NCBI GenBank assembly: GCA_045532975.1
Contig: JAZSGX010000005.1
Location: 1-57,488, forward strand
DNA: 57,488 bases
Direction: 5' to 3'
DNA from: Eubacteriales bacterium
GTDB taxonomy: Bacteria; Bacillota; Clostridia; Oscillospirales; CAG-272
This document shows positions 9,546 to 18,347 of the stretch, one piece after another. Both the position numbers and the translations under genes were made by a program. Within the stretch, counting starts at the first letter, position 1. Each line of letters begins with the position of its first letter. The notes beneath the pieces were generated by a model, which searched no databases, was not told where the DNA came from, and saw only the letters and a program-made list of their open reading frames with translations.

Positions 9546-11636
9546 ATGAAAAAGCTTTCTTTATTATTTGTATTCGTTGTATTAGCAGTGGCAATTTTCG
9601 CAATTACCGCCTTTGCCGCTCAGTCTAATATAGCTAATCAAGCTGAGGTTTCAACAACAACCGGTTGTTGGGTATCCAAGAACTACATTTCCGCTTTAAT
9701 TGACGGCAACCGTGAAAAAGGCACCGCTTCTTCTTATAGCGATAAAGCCGTTAGCTACACTCTTACCTACAACCAAGACGTTTTTATTGAACAATTGGTT
9801 ATTGTTGTAAACGGAAAAGGAAGAACCTATGACGACGGAAAAGGCGGCGGTATTTTTGAAGAGGTTACAAATTACAATTTCCCGTTAACTATTAAACTGA
9901 CAAACTCTGCCGGCGATGTTGTTTATGAACAAGCTCACCAAACCGGGGACAAAACAGAAATAGCTATTACTCCAAATGCTAGCGTTTGCGAAATCACATT
10001 AACCATTACATGTAATTGGAATAGCAACTGCAACATTTGGGAGGTTGAGGCATTCGGTCACGTTTGTAGCTATACCGAGTTGGTTGAAGAAACTCCCGCT
10101 CCAACATGTATGGACACAGGATTGAAGATTTTGGGCTGCTCCGAATGTGACAGCACAAAGAAAGAAATCATTCCTGCAATTGGCTCACACACTTGGGACG
10201 AAGGCGTTATCACCACCGACCCAACTGAAGCCACCGAGGGTGTTAAGACCTATACCTGTACAGTTTGTAAGTCCACAAAAACTGAAAGAGTACAGCCAAT
10301 CGGACATAATTGGGACGAAGGTACTGTTGTTGCGCCAAGCTGTACAGAGGGCGGCTATACAATATACAAATGCACAGACGAGGGCTGTGATAAATCATAT
10401 ACAATTGCTCCAACCGATGCTTTAGGACACGATTACGAAAGTGTTATAACAGTTGCTCCTACTCTAACAAAAGAGGGAGAAAAGCTTTTGACCTGTAAGA
10501 GAGAAGGCTGCGGTCACTCTAAGACAGAGGTTGTGCCGGTAGCCACTATGTCTGACAGCTCATTCATTATAGGTCTTGATAACATAGTTTCATTTAAGGA
10601 AGTAATTGAGGGTCCTGCCCACGAAAACCGCAATTGGCAGCATCTTTTCGACGGAAACAACGCAAACACCTCAAGCTCACAAAGCAATCCTGCCGGATGG
10701 TTTGGAAAGCCGGGAAGCACTCTTTCCTTAGTTTTTGATGAAGAATATTATATTTTGAGCGCCACCTTCTACGCTTGGTCCAATTACGCTTCATTTACAA
10801 TAGATTTCATTGGTGCAGACGGCAGCACAGTCGCAACACACTCAGGTAGAGGATACCAAGACACTAATATTGCCCCACACGCAATAGACGTTTGCGTTGA
10901 CAAATACGTTAAATCAATTAAGATAACTATAAATGATGCAAAATACGACTACGGTAACGGTCTTGCCTTCCAAGAATTAATTTTCACAGCTCACAAGCAT
11001 TTGGCTGAGGGCGAAAACGCAAAATACGACGAGGTTGTCGGCTGCGTTGACAACGGTAGTTATAAAAAATTCTGCTACGTTTGTGAAAAGGAGGTTTTGG
11101 TTGAAACAAAGCCATCAGGCATCCACGACCTTTCAACAGATATCACCTTCCCTAAGGGATTTGATATGAACGGTAGTGTTAGCTCAACCTGCTCAAGATG
11201 TGATTACAGTGAAAAGCAACGTCTAAAGCCAATCTTCTACTCCTACGGTTACTCTGTAAGAGAAGACGGTGGCGCTATTACCCACAGAATTGAAATTGAC
11301 CTTGAGGCTTTGGCAGCTTACGAAAGCTATGCAAAAGCACCGCTTGTATTTGGTACAGTTGCAGCAGCAACTCCTAACTTTGAGGGTGCGCCTATCGAAG
11401 TTGTAGACGGTACAGTTGTTGGAACAAGCAGCCGCGTATCCGTTAAGACTTTAAGCGGATTAGGTTATGTTTCCATAGAGAACAGAATCGCTAACATACC
11501 TGAATTTGCATACGATACAGAGGTTGTGCTTTGCCCATTCATCTACGACGGAAAGAGCATTTCCTACATTAACGCAAACAAAGACTCCGGCGCAGAATTT
11601 GAAACAGTAACCTATAACAACCTTTTGCAGAATTAA
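9546..11636 (+). CDS. Secreted hypothetical protein: two discoidin-like domains, His/Cys 'PTC..G....C..C' repeats, conserved C-terminal domain
   Basis: Signal peptide ending AFA; LIDGN and LFDGN domains; four repeats such as HTWDEG...PT....GVKTYTCTVC; GYSVREDG and YDG..I.Y shared with 8018..9325. Confidence 0.82.
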   Translation: MKKLSLLFVFVVLAVAIFAITAFAAQSNIANQAEVSTTTGCWVSKNYISALIDGNREKGTASSYSDKAVSYTLTYNQDVFIEQLVIVVNGKGRTYDDGKGGGIFEEVTNYNFPLTIKLTNSAGDVVYEQAHQTGDKTEIAITPNASVCEITLTITCNWNSNCNIWEVEAFGHVCSYTELVEETPAPTCMDTGLKILGCSECDSTKKEIIPAIGSHTWDEGVITTDPTEATEGVKTYTCTVCKSTKTERVQPIGHNWDEGTVVAPSCTEGGYTIYKCTDEGCDKSYTIAPTDALGHDYESVITVAPTLTKEGEKLLTCKREGCGHSKTEVVPVATMSDSSFIIGLDNIVSFKEVIEGPAHENRNWQHLFDGNNANTSSSQSNPAGWFGKPGSTLSLVFDEEYYILSATFYAWSNYASFTIDFIGADGSTVATHSGRGYQDTNIAPHAIDVCVDKYVKSIKITINDAKYDYGNGLAFQELIFTAHKHLAEGENAKYDEVVGCVDNGSYKKFCYVCEKEVLVETKPSGIHDLSTDITFPKGFDMNGSVSSTCSRCDYSEKQRLKPIFYSYGYSVREDGGAITHRIEIDLEALAAYESYAKAPLVFGTVAAATPNFEGAPIEVVDGTVVGTSSRVSVKTLSGLGYVSIENRIANIPEFAYDTEVVLCPFIYDGKSISYINANKDSGAEFETVTYNNLLQN

Positions 11637-11646
11637 ATTCACATTA

Positions 11647-11676
11647 AAATGGCGGCTTCTTTCAGTCGCCATTTTC
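11647..11676 (+). terminator. Intrinsic terminator
   Basis: AAAATGGCGGCT...AGTCGCCATTTT. Confidence 0.65.
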
Positions 11677-11715
11677 CTTTTGAAAATAAAAATATAATTT
11701 TTTTCAAATTTGCTA

Positions 11716-11744
11716 TTGACAAACTAATCTTTATGTGTTAAAAT
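11716..11744 (+). promoter_or_regulatory. SigmaA promoter of the tRNA pair
   Basis: TTGACA (11716-21), 17 bp spacer, TG-N-TAAAAT (11739-44), about 20 nt before tRNA-Thr. Confidence 0.8.
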
Positions 11745-11765
11745 ATCACCGTTGCAAGATAATAT

Positions 11766-11840
11766 GCTGGCGTGGCTCAATGGCAGAGCAGCTGATTTGT
11801 AATCAGCAGGTTGATGGTTCGACTCCGTTCGCCAGCTCCA
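11766..11840 (+). tRNA. tRNA-Thr(TGT)
   Basis: Cloverleaf: acceptor GCTGGCG/CGCCAGC, anticodon arm GCTGA-TTTGTAA-TCAGC, GGTTCGACTCC, encoded CCA. Confidence 0.97.
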
Positions 11841-11854
11841 ATCTTGCAACATAT

Positions 11855-11939
11855 GGGGGATTTCCCGAGCGGCCAAAGGGGGCAGACTGTAAATCTGTTG
11901 TCACTGACTTCGGTGGTCCGAATCCACCATCCCCCACCA
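11855..11939 (+). tRNA. tRNA-Tyr(GTA)
   Basis: GGGGGAT/ATCCCCC acceptor, CAGA-CTGTAAA-TCTG anticodon arm, long variable arm, GGTCCGAATCC T arm, encoded CCA. Confidence 0.96.
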
Positions 11940-12537
11940 CGAAACAGGCATCCGTAAGGATGCCTTTTTTTGTTTCGTGGTGGGGGATGGTCTTCGGACC
12001 ATTTCCTTGCCCTTTCTGGGCAAGGATGTGGTTCGTTCTTTTTGCCTAAGCCGTTGTCAGCTCGCTAGCATAAGGCGTGGCAAAAAGTTCACGCAGTGAA
12101 AATCCACCCTCGATACTGTTCGCTCATAAGATTAAGGGAGAACTTTTGTTTGTTTCGAAACAGGCATCCGTAAGGATGCCTTTTTTGTTTCGTGGTGGGG
12201 GATGGTCTTTGGACTATTTCCTTGCCCTTTTGGGCAAGGATGTGGTTCGCTCTTTTGCTTTGCGCCCGAATCAGCTCGCTAGTGAAGGGTGGGAGCAAAT
12301 GCCTCGCAACGCGAGAATCCACCCTCGACACTGTTCGCACTTGCTTTCTTGGGAGACACCAATCGGATGCCTTTTTTGTTTCGTGGTGGGGGATGGTCTT
12401 TGGACCATTTCCTTGCCCTTTTGGGCAAGGATGTGGTTCGCTCTTTTGCTTTGCGCCCGAATCAGCTCGCTAGTGAAGGGCGGAAGCAAAAGCCTCGCAA
12501 CGCGAGAATCCACCCTTGACATTGTTCGCACTTGCTT
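11940..12537. repeat. Three tandem structured repeats (periods 216 and 191 bp), each with an inverted copy of the tRNA-Tyr 3' end
   Basis: GGATGCC-Tn-GTTTCGTGGTGGGGGATGGTC recurs at 11958, 12174 and 12365. Units share the TCCTTGCCC...GGGCAAGGA hairpin, TCAGCTCGCTAG and AATCCACCCT. Confidence 0.95.
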
Positions 12538-12553
12538 GTGGACACATTTTTCA

Positions 12554-12582
12554 GCGGGGCGTCGAGGACGTCGCCCCCTACA
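12554..12582 (-). repeat. REP-like palindrome (GTAG class)
   Basis: Minus strand TGTAGGGGGCGACGTCCTCGACGCCCCGC: GTAG tetranucleotide followed by a GC-rich imperfect hairpin. Confidence 0.75.
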
Positions 12583-12593
12583 AGATTTCTTGG

Positions 12594-12640
12594 ACTCCTT
12601 CCGTCACCCTACGGGTGCCACCTCCCTCGAGGATGGAGGC
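12594..12640. repeat. Dispersed double-hairpin repeat, copy 1
   Basis: ACTCCTTCCGTCACCCTACGGGTGCCACCTCCCTCGAGGATGGAGGC; near-identical copy at 45996-46043. Confidence 0.85.
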
Positions 12641-12674
12641 ATTTTGCGTTTTGCTCCGCCCATACATATTTTCG

Positions 12675-12707
12675 CAAAAAAGAGAGCGTGAAAACGCTCT
12701 CTTTTTT
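12675..12707. terminator. Bidirectional-type terminator downstream of the mntR-like gene
   Basis: AAAAAAGAGAGCGT-GAAA-ACGCTCTCTTTTTT. Confidence 0.8.
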
Positions 12708-12713
12708 CTCTTA

Positions 12714-13088
12714 TTATTTTTCTTCGCTACGCTTTAGATATTCCTTTAGCTTATCAAAGCTTTCGTGACTTATGCAATGCTCTATTTTGCAGCTATCCTC
12801 ATAAGCGGTTTCCTCACTAACTCCCAAGGACATAAGCACCTTAGCAATCACCAAGTGTCTTTCATAAACAGACTGTGCAATCTTTAAGCCCTTTTCCGTC
12901 AAATCAAGAAATCCGTTTTCGTCAACGGTGATATAGCCCTCCTCACGGAAGTTTTTCATAGCTACGCTAACGCTGGGCTTAGAAACGCCCAAATCGTTTG
13001 CCACGTCAATACTACGCACGTTGCCCTTTGATTTTTTCAATGACAATATAGCTTCAAGATAGTTTTCAGCAGACTCCTTGATAATCAT
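12714..13088 (-). CDS. mntR: DtxR/MntR-family metal-dependent repressor
   Basis: ESAENYLEAI, VRSIDVA..LGVSKPSVS HTH, YERH, DSCKIEH.IS. Confidence 0.88.
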   Translation of the reverse strand: MIIKESAENYLEAILSLKKSKGNVRSIDVANDLGVSKPSVSVAMKNFREEGYITVDENGFLDLTEKGLKIAQSVYERHLVIAKVLMSLGVSEETAYEDSCKIEHCISHESFDKLKEYLKRSEEK

Positions 13089-13147
13089 TTCCTCACCTCA
13101 CAGAATTTCTTTTATATATTCTACCACAAAAGATGTGCTTTGTCAAA

Positions 13148-15571
13148 TTATTTTACCGTATAGCCCTCTTTTGCTATAATTTCCTTAACTAACGCAATAT
13201 CGCACTCACCAAATACGGTAACATTGTTTTTCTTATGATTTGGGATTGCCTCGGTAACACCCTCTATGGCTTCAACCGCCTTTTTCACCCTTGCCTCACA
13301 GTGTGGGCACATCATACCCTCCACACCGACTATTACACCAACCTTATTTTTCTTTCCAAACATTTCTTTTTTCTCCTTATCTAATTTAATCAAATTAAGT
13401 CTTAAAGCATTCGTTACAACGCAGAAGCTAGACAAGCTCATAGCGAGCGCGCCAAACATAGGATTCAATTCCCATCCCCACAGGGCGATAAATGCGCCTG
13501 CCGCCAATGGAATACCTATTATATTGTAAATAAATGCCCAAAACAGATTTTCATATATGTTTTTAAGGGTTGCGCGGCTTAACTTAATCGCCTCGCTAAC
13601 TCCCTTTAAGCTTCCCTTTACGAGAACAACGTCTGCTGAGTCAATAGCTATTTTTGTGCCTTGACCAATGGCAATTCCCACGTCGGCTCTTGTTAAGGCA
13701 GGAGCGTCATTTATTCCGTCGCCAACCATTGCAACCCCACCCTCTTTTTTGAGCTGACCTATAATTTTTTCCTTATCCATTGGCATAACATCAGAAAACA
13801 CAGTATCAACACCAACTAACGTGCCAATAGCCTCTGCACTATTTTTGTTATCTCCCGTGAGCATTGCCACCCTTATTCCCATGGACTTAAGATGTAAAAT
13901 CGCCTCTTTACTATCCTCTTTTACACGGTCACGTACAGCTATTATGCCAAGAAGCTTATTTTCCATAGCAAAATACAAGGGTGTTTTGCCTTGTTTTGAA
14001 AGCTTGTCAAATTGCTCCTTGTCAACGCCATCCACAACAGAGGAAATATGCTTATAGCTGCCGCCTGTTATTCTCTTTCCGTCTATCACGCAAGAAACGC
14101 CGCTGCCAGACAGCACCTCAAAGCCGTTGTTTGCCAAAAGGTCAATACCCATTTCCTCCGCCTTTTTAACAATGGCGCGGCCTAAGGGATGCTCACTCTT
14201 CTTTTCCAAGGAATATGCGTATTCCATAAGGCTTTTTTCGTCAATGCCCATGGGAATTACATCCGTCACCTGTGGCTCTCCCGCCGTTATAGTACCCGTT
14301 TTATCAAGAACAACGATTTTTACCTTGCCCAAATTTTCAAGGGCGGTTGCGTTTTTAAAAAGAACCCCTCGACGCGCCCCCACACCGTTGCCAACCATAA
14401 TAGCAACAGGTGTTGCAAGTCCCAAAGCACAAGGACAGCTTATAACAAGGACAGAAATTCCCCTTGCCAAGGCATAGCCAAAGCTTGCCCCTGTTAGCAT
14501 CCATATAATAAATGTAATTACAGCGATTCCCATAACGACAGGCACAAACACTCCGCTTACCCTGTCTGCGACTCTTGCAATGGGCGCTTTAGAGGAGGCA
14601 GCATCACTCACCGCCCTTATAATTTCACTTAAAACCGTACCCTCGCTATCGGTTAAAGCCTCGCATCTTATATAACCTGAGCTTGAGGTTGTTCCTGCAT
14701 AAACCCTGTCCCCCACAGCTTTATCAAGAGGTACGCTCTCCCCTGTCAATGCTGACTCGTTAACAGAGCATTCGCCTTCTGTTATAATTGCATCTACAGG
14801 AATACCTCCGCCTGCCTTTACAACAAATATATCTCCTTTTTTTAGCTCCGTAGCTGAAATCTCCTGCTCCTCGCCGTTTATAATCACAATAGCGGTGCGT
14901 GGAGCAAGTGCCATTAGCTCCTTTAAGGCGTTTGTTGTCTTTCCCTTTGAGTAGGATTCAAGAGACTTGCCAAACGTAATAAGCACAAGTATCATAGCCG
15001 CAGACTCGAAATATAAATCGTGCAATAAATGGTATCCCTGTGTCATTAAAATGAGACAAACAATGCTATATAGATATGAAACGCCTGAGCCAAGTGCAAC
15101 TAAGGTGTCCATATTAGGCGCGCCCTTAACCACTCCCTTAATGCCGCTTATGAAGAATTTGCGGTTGATTATAAGCACAATACCGCTCAAAGTCATCTGC
15201 AAAACTCCAACTGCAACAGGCGAGCTTTCCAAAAACGAGGGCAACGGAAACCCCCACATTGTGTAACCCATGGAAACGTACATCAAAAGCAAAAGGATTA
15301 CAATTGATGACACAAGTCTTTTTATAAGAGCTTTTATTTCACGGTTTTCCTCGTTGTTAACAGGCTGCTTGTCCCCTTTTAGTGTGGCGCCATATCCGGC
15401 ATCAGTAACCGCCTTGATTATATCTGCACTTAGGGCAGTGCCTGACACCGACATCGAGTTGGTAAGCAGGCTGACCGCACAGCTCTCAACCCCTTCAACT
15501 CCCTTTACTGCCCTTTCCACTCTTGAGGCGCAAGCGGCACAGCTCATACCTGTTATATTATATTTTTCCAT
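13148..15571 (-). CDS. copA: Copper-translocating P1B-type ATPase with N- and C-terminal HMA domains
   Basis: GMSCAAC, TGES, CPCALG, DKTGT, SEHPL, GDGINDAP, YN, MSLSS, C-terminal GMMCPHC; start moved to ATG 15571. Confidence 0.93.
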   Translation of the reverse strand: MEKYNITGMSCAACASRVERAVKGVEGVESCAVSLLTNSMSVSGTALSADIIKAVTDAGYGATLKGDKQPVNNEENREIKALIKRLVSSIVILLLLMYVSMGYTMWGFPLPSFLESSPVAVGVLQMTLSGIVLIINRKFFISGIKGVVKGAPNMDTLVALGSGVSYLYSIVCLILMTQGYHLLHDLYFESAAMILVLITFGKSLESYSKGKTTNALKELMALAPRTAIVIINGEEQEISATELKKGDIFVVKAGGGIPVDAIITEGECSVNESALTGESVPLDKAVGDRVYAGTTSSSGYIRCEALTDSEGTVLSEIIRAVSDAASSKAPIARVADRVSGVFVPVVMGIAVITFIIWMLTGASFGYALARGISVLVISCPCALGLATPVAIMVGNGVGARRGVLFKNATALENLGKVKIVVLDKTGTITAGEPQVTDVIPMGIDEKSLMEYAYSLEKKSEHPLGRAIVKKAEEMGIDLLANNGFEVLSGSGVSCVIDGKRITGGSYKHISSVVDGVDKEQFDKLSKQGKTPLYFAMENKLLGIIAVRDRVKEDSKEAILHLKSMGIRVAMLTGDNKNSAEAIGTLVGVDTVFSDVMPMDKEKIIGQLKKEGGVAMVGDGINDAPALTRADVGIAIGQGTKIAIDSADVVLVKGSLKGVSEAIKLSRATLKNIYENLFWAFIYNIIGIPLAAGAFIALWGWELNPMFGALAMSLSSFCVVTNALRLNLIKLDKEKKEMFGKKNKVGVIVGVEGMMCPHCEARVKKAVEAIEGVTEAIPNHKKNNVTVFGECDIALVKEIIAKEGYTVK

Positions 15572-15692
15572 AGCACCGCCCCCTTTGTCATTAGAACATT
15601 TTATAAATCCTTCATTATAAATTATATCATCTACCTTATTTTTGTCAATCAATTTTTTCAAAAATATTTTTAACAAAATTTCATAAAATATA

Positions 15693-15751
15693 TTGACAAA
15701 CGTTGGAAGTTATGCTAAACTAACTGCGTAATTCGGTTAGTTCAGACTAAC
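15693..15751 (+). promoter_or_regulatory. feoAB promoter with DtxR/MntR-like operator palindromes
   Basis: TTGACA 15693-98, 17 bp, TG-N-TAAACT 15716-21; palindrome GTTAG-ttcaga-CTAAC at 15736-15751; degenerate AGTTAtgctaaacTAACT overlapping the -10. Confidence 0.65.
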
Positions 15752-15769
15752 TGCTGAGAGGAGATGCTT

Positions 15770-15991
15770 ATGAAAACCTTAAAGGATGTTCGTGTTGGTG
15801 AAAAAGCAATCATTTCAAGGATAGATGGCGAGGGTGCCATCCGCCGCCGCATAATGGATATGGGGATAACAAGAGGGACTGAAATTGTTGTTAAAAAGGT
15901 TGCCCCATTAGGCGACCCTCTTGAGCTGACTATCCGCGGTTATCAGCTTTCCATAAGAAAAACCGATGCTCAAAAAATCTTGGTTGAATAA
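15770..15991 (+). CDS. feoA: Ferrous iron transport protein A
   Basis: RRRIMDMG...G..I...KVAPLGDP.E...RGY.LSIRK; start could be 15764 or 15770. Confidence 0.93.
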   Translation: MKTLKDVRVGEKAIISRIDGEGAIRRRIMDMGITRGTEIVVKKVAPLGDPLELTIRGYQLSIRKTDAQKILVE

Positions 15992-16021
15992 GACGAATAT
16001 ATTTTTTGTACACAAGTTAGT

Positions 16022-16214
16022 TTAGCCACTACCAACCCAAATTGAACCCGTCTATAACACATAATAGATTGCCCGCAAATTTTGAGCGAACAAATAAGGA
16101 CATAGACAAATTAAAAAATTGCAGGCGATTAAAAAATCGGCAAGATTTTTTAGTGCAGTATATGGCTTTATTTGTCGCTCAAAATCGAATTCGACTTGGG
16201 TTGGCAGTGGCTAA
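16022..16214. repeat. Nested inverted repeat (fold-back) in the feoA-feoB spacer
   Basis: TTAGCCACTACCAACCCAAATTGAA pairs with TTCGACTTGGGTTGGCAGTGGCTAA; inner TTTTGAGCGAACAAATAA pairs with TTATTTGTCGCTCAAAA. Confidence 0.85.
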
Positions 16215-16226
16215 CAGGAGGTCATA

Positions 16227-18335
16227 ATGTCTATAAAAATTGCGCTCGTTGGCAATCCCAACAGCGGAAAAACTACTCTTTTTAACGCTTTGACGGGCAT
16301 GAACCAATACGTTGGCAACTGGCCCGGCGTTACGGTTGAGAAAAAAGAAGGAAAAATTAAATCAAACAAGGATGTTATTTTGACGGATTTGCCCGGCATT
16401 TACTCCTTGTCCCCCTACACTCCTGAGGAAATAATTGCAAGAAACTATATCACTGAGGAAAAGCCAAATGCAATTATAAACGTAATTGACGGTACCAACT
16501 TAGAAAGAAATTTGTACCTAACCACTCAGCTCCTTGAGTTTGGTATTCCCGTGGTTGTTGCTGTTAATATGATGGATATTGTCAGAAAAAAGGGAGATAA
16601 AATAAACCTTCAAGCACTGTCGAGAGAGCTTGGCTGTCCTATGGTTGAGGTCTCCGCCCTTAAAAATAGTGGCATTACCGAGGTTAGTGAGCTTGCTATT
16701 TCCATTGCGGAAAAAGAGGGTGCTACAAGCAAAATTTTCTCAAACGAGGTTGAGAATGCAATTGAGCAAATTGGTGAAATTGCTAATTTAACGCCCACCT
16801 TTAAGCGTTGGCACGCAATAAAGCTCCTCGAAAGAGATAAAAGCGTGGCAAACGCCTTAAATATCGATAGCGTTACCCTTGGCAAAATCGACGAAATCGT
16901 CAAAGCCTTGGAAATTAAGCTTGACGACACCTGCGAGGGCTTTGTTACCGACCAACGCTACGTTTACATAACAGGAATTACTAAAAAGCACTACCAAAGA
17001 AACGATAAGCCAAGCGTTACCGAAAAGATTGACAATATTGTTACCCACAGGATTTTCGCCTTGCCAATATTTGTCCTTATTATGTTTAGTGTTTATGCTA
17101 TTTCTATCGGTACTGTGGGCGCTTTGGTAACGGATTTTATGAACGACACCCTCTTTGGCGAGTGGATTATACCAAGCGTTACAGAAGGCTTGACCGCCAT
17201 TGATATGGCACCCTGGCTCGTTAGCTTAATTGCCGACGGTATTCTCGGCGGTGTTGGTGCTGTCCTTGGCTTCGTTCCACAAATGATAATACTCTTTTTG
17301 CTCCTTTCTCTCTTGGAGGATTGTGGCTATATGTCACGCGTTGCCTTTATTATGGACCGTCTTTTCAGAGGTCTTGGTCTTTCGGGCAAATCCTTCATCC
17401 CTATGCTCGTTGCCTCAGGCTGCGGTGTGCCCGGTATTATGGCAAGCCGCACAATCGACCAGGAGCGCGACAGACGTATGACAATAATAACAACCTGCTT
17501 TATCCCCTGTGGCGCAAAAATGCCTATTGTAGGTCTTATTGCAGGCGCGCTGTTTGATGATAGCGCATGGATTGCAACCGCCGCTTACTTTATCGGCATT
17601 GTGGCTGTTGTTGTTTCGGGAATTATGCTGAAAAAGCTAAAGATATTCAAGGGTGAGCCTTCCCCATTCGTTATGGAGCTTCCCCCTTACCACTTGCCCC
17701 TTGCAACTAATATTTTGAGAACCACATGGGAGCGTGGCTGGAGCTTTATAAAGCGTGCAGGCTCTGTTATTTTGATAGCCTCCGTTCTTATTTGGGTGCT
17801 GAACAGCCTTTCCTTTGAGTGTGGCTACATCACAGAGGGTGAAACAGGCAAGTCAATCCTTGAGAACATAGGCTCTGCTTTTGCTTGGATTTTTGCTCCT
17901 CTTGGCTTTGGAAAATGGGAAGCAACTGTTGCCACCATTCTCGGTCTTGTGGCAAAAGAGGAGGTTGTTGGTGTTTTCGGCACTCTTTCCTCAATGTCCG
18001 AGCTTGCAAGCGCATACGCTATCTTTGAGGGCAGTATGCTTGCTGCATTTAGTTTTATGATGTTTAACCTTTTATGTGCTCCTTGCTTTGCCGCAATGGG
18101 TGCAATCAGACGTGAAATGAACAACGGCAAATGGACAGCCTTTGCTATCGGCTATATGACTGCCTTTGCATACTCCGTTTGCTTAATTACATATCAGTTA
18201 GGTATGCTATTCACAGGTAACGGCAACGTAGTCGGCTCGATTTTTGCATTTATTCTCTTAGGCGTGTTTGCATACTTCCTTTTTAGAAAAGAGGATTTTT
18301 CCATAATTGATTTGTTCAAGAAAAAATCAAAATAA
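16227..18335 (+). CDS. feoB: Ferrous iron transporter B
   Basis: GNPNSGKT, GNWPGVTVE, DLPG.YSL, NMMD, multiple TM segments, PCGAK, FVMELPPY. Confidence 0.96.
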   Translation: MSIKIALVGNPNSGKTTLFNALTGMNQYVGNWPGVTVEKKEGKIKSNKDVILTDLPGIYSLSPYTPEEIIARNYITEEKPNAIINVIDGTNLERNLYLTTQLLEFGIPVVVAVNMMDIVRKKGDKINLQALSRELGCPMVEVSALKNSGITEVSELAISIAEKEGATSKIFSNEVENAIEQIGEIANLTPTFKRWHAIKLLERDKSVANALNIDSVTLGKIDEIVKALEIKLDDTCEGFVTDQRYVYITGITKKHYQRNDKPSVTEKIDNIVTHRIFALPIFVLIMFSVYAISIGTVGALVTDFMNDTLFGEWIIPSVTEGLTAIDMAPWLVSLIADGILGGVGAVLGFVPQMIILFLLLSLLEDCGYMSRVAFIMDRLFRGLGLSGKSFIPMLVASGCGVPGIMASRTIDQERDRRMTIITTCFIPCGAKMPIVGLIAGALFDDSAWIATAAYFIGIVAVVVSGIMLKKLKIFKGEPSPFVMELPPYHLPLATNILRTTWERGWSFIKRAGSVILIASVLIWVLNSLSFECGYITEGETGKSILENIGSAFAWIFAPLGFGKWEATVATILGLVAKEEVVGVFGTLSSMSELASAYAIFEGSMLAAFSFMMFNLLCAPCFAAMGAIRREMNNGKWTAFAIGYMTAFAYSVCLITYQLGMLFTGNGNVVGSIFAFILLGVFAYFLFRKEDFSIIDLFKKKSK

Positions 18336-18347
18336 GGGGGATTTACT

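Noticed and set aside
11912-11930. T-loop TCCGAAT instead of TTCGAAT as a sign of a tRNA pseudogene
   Set aside because: All stems, the anticodon, CCA and promoter are intact; a single U55C-type variant is not enough.
11940-12537. CRISPR array, or attL/attR of an integrated element
   Set aside because: Units are ~200 bp and similar along their whole length with no unique spacers or cas genes; the tRNA fragment is inverted and no integrase is nearby.
11735-12768. Several overlapping ORFs of 70-204 aa across the tRNAs and repeat array
   Set aside because: They overlap tRNA genes and palindromic repeats on both strands and lack protein motifs.
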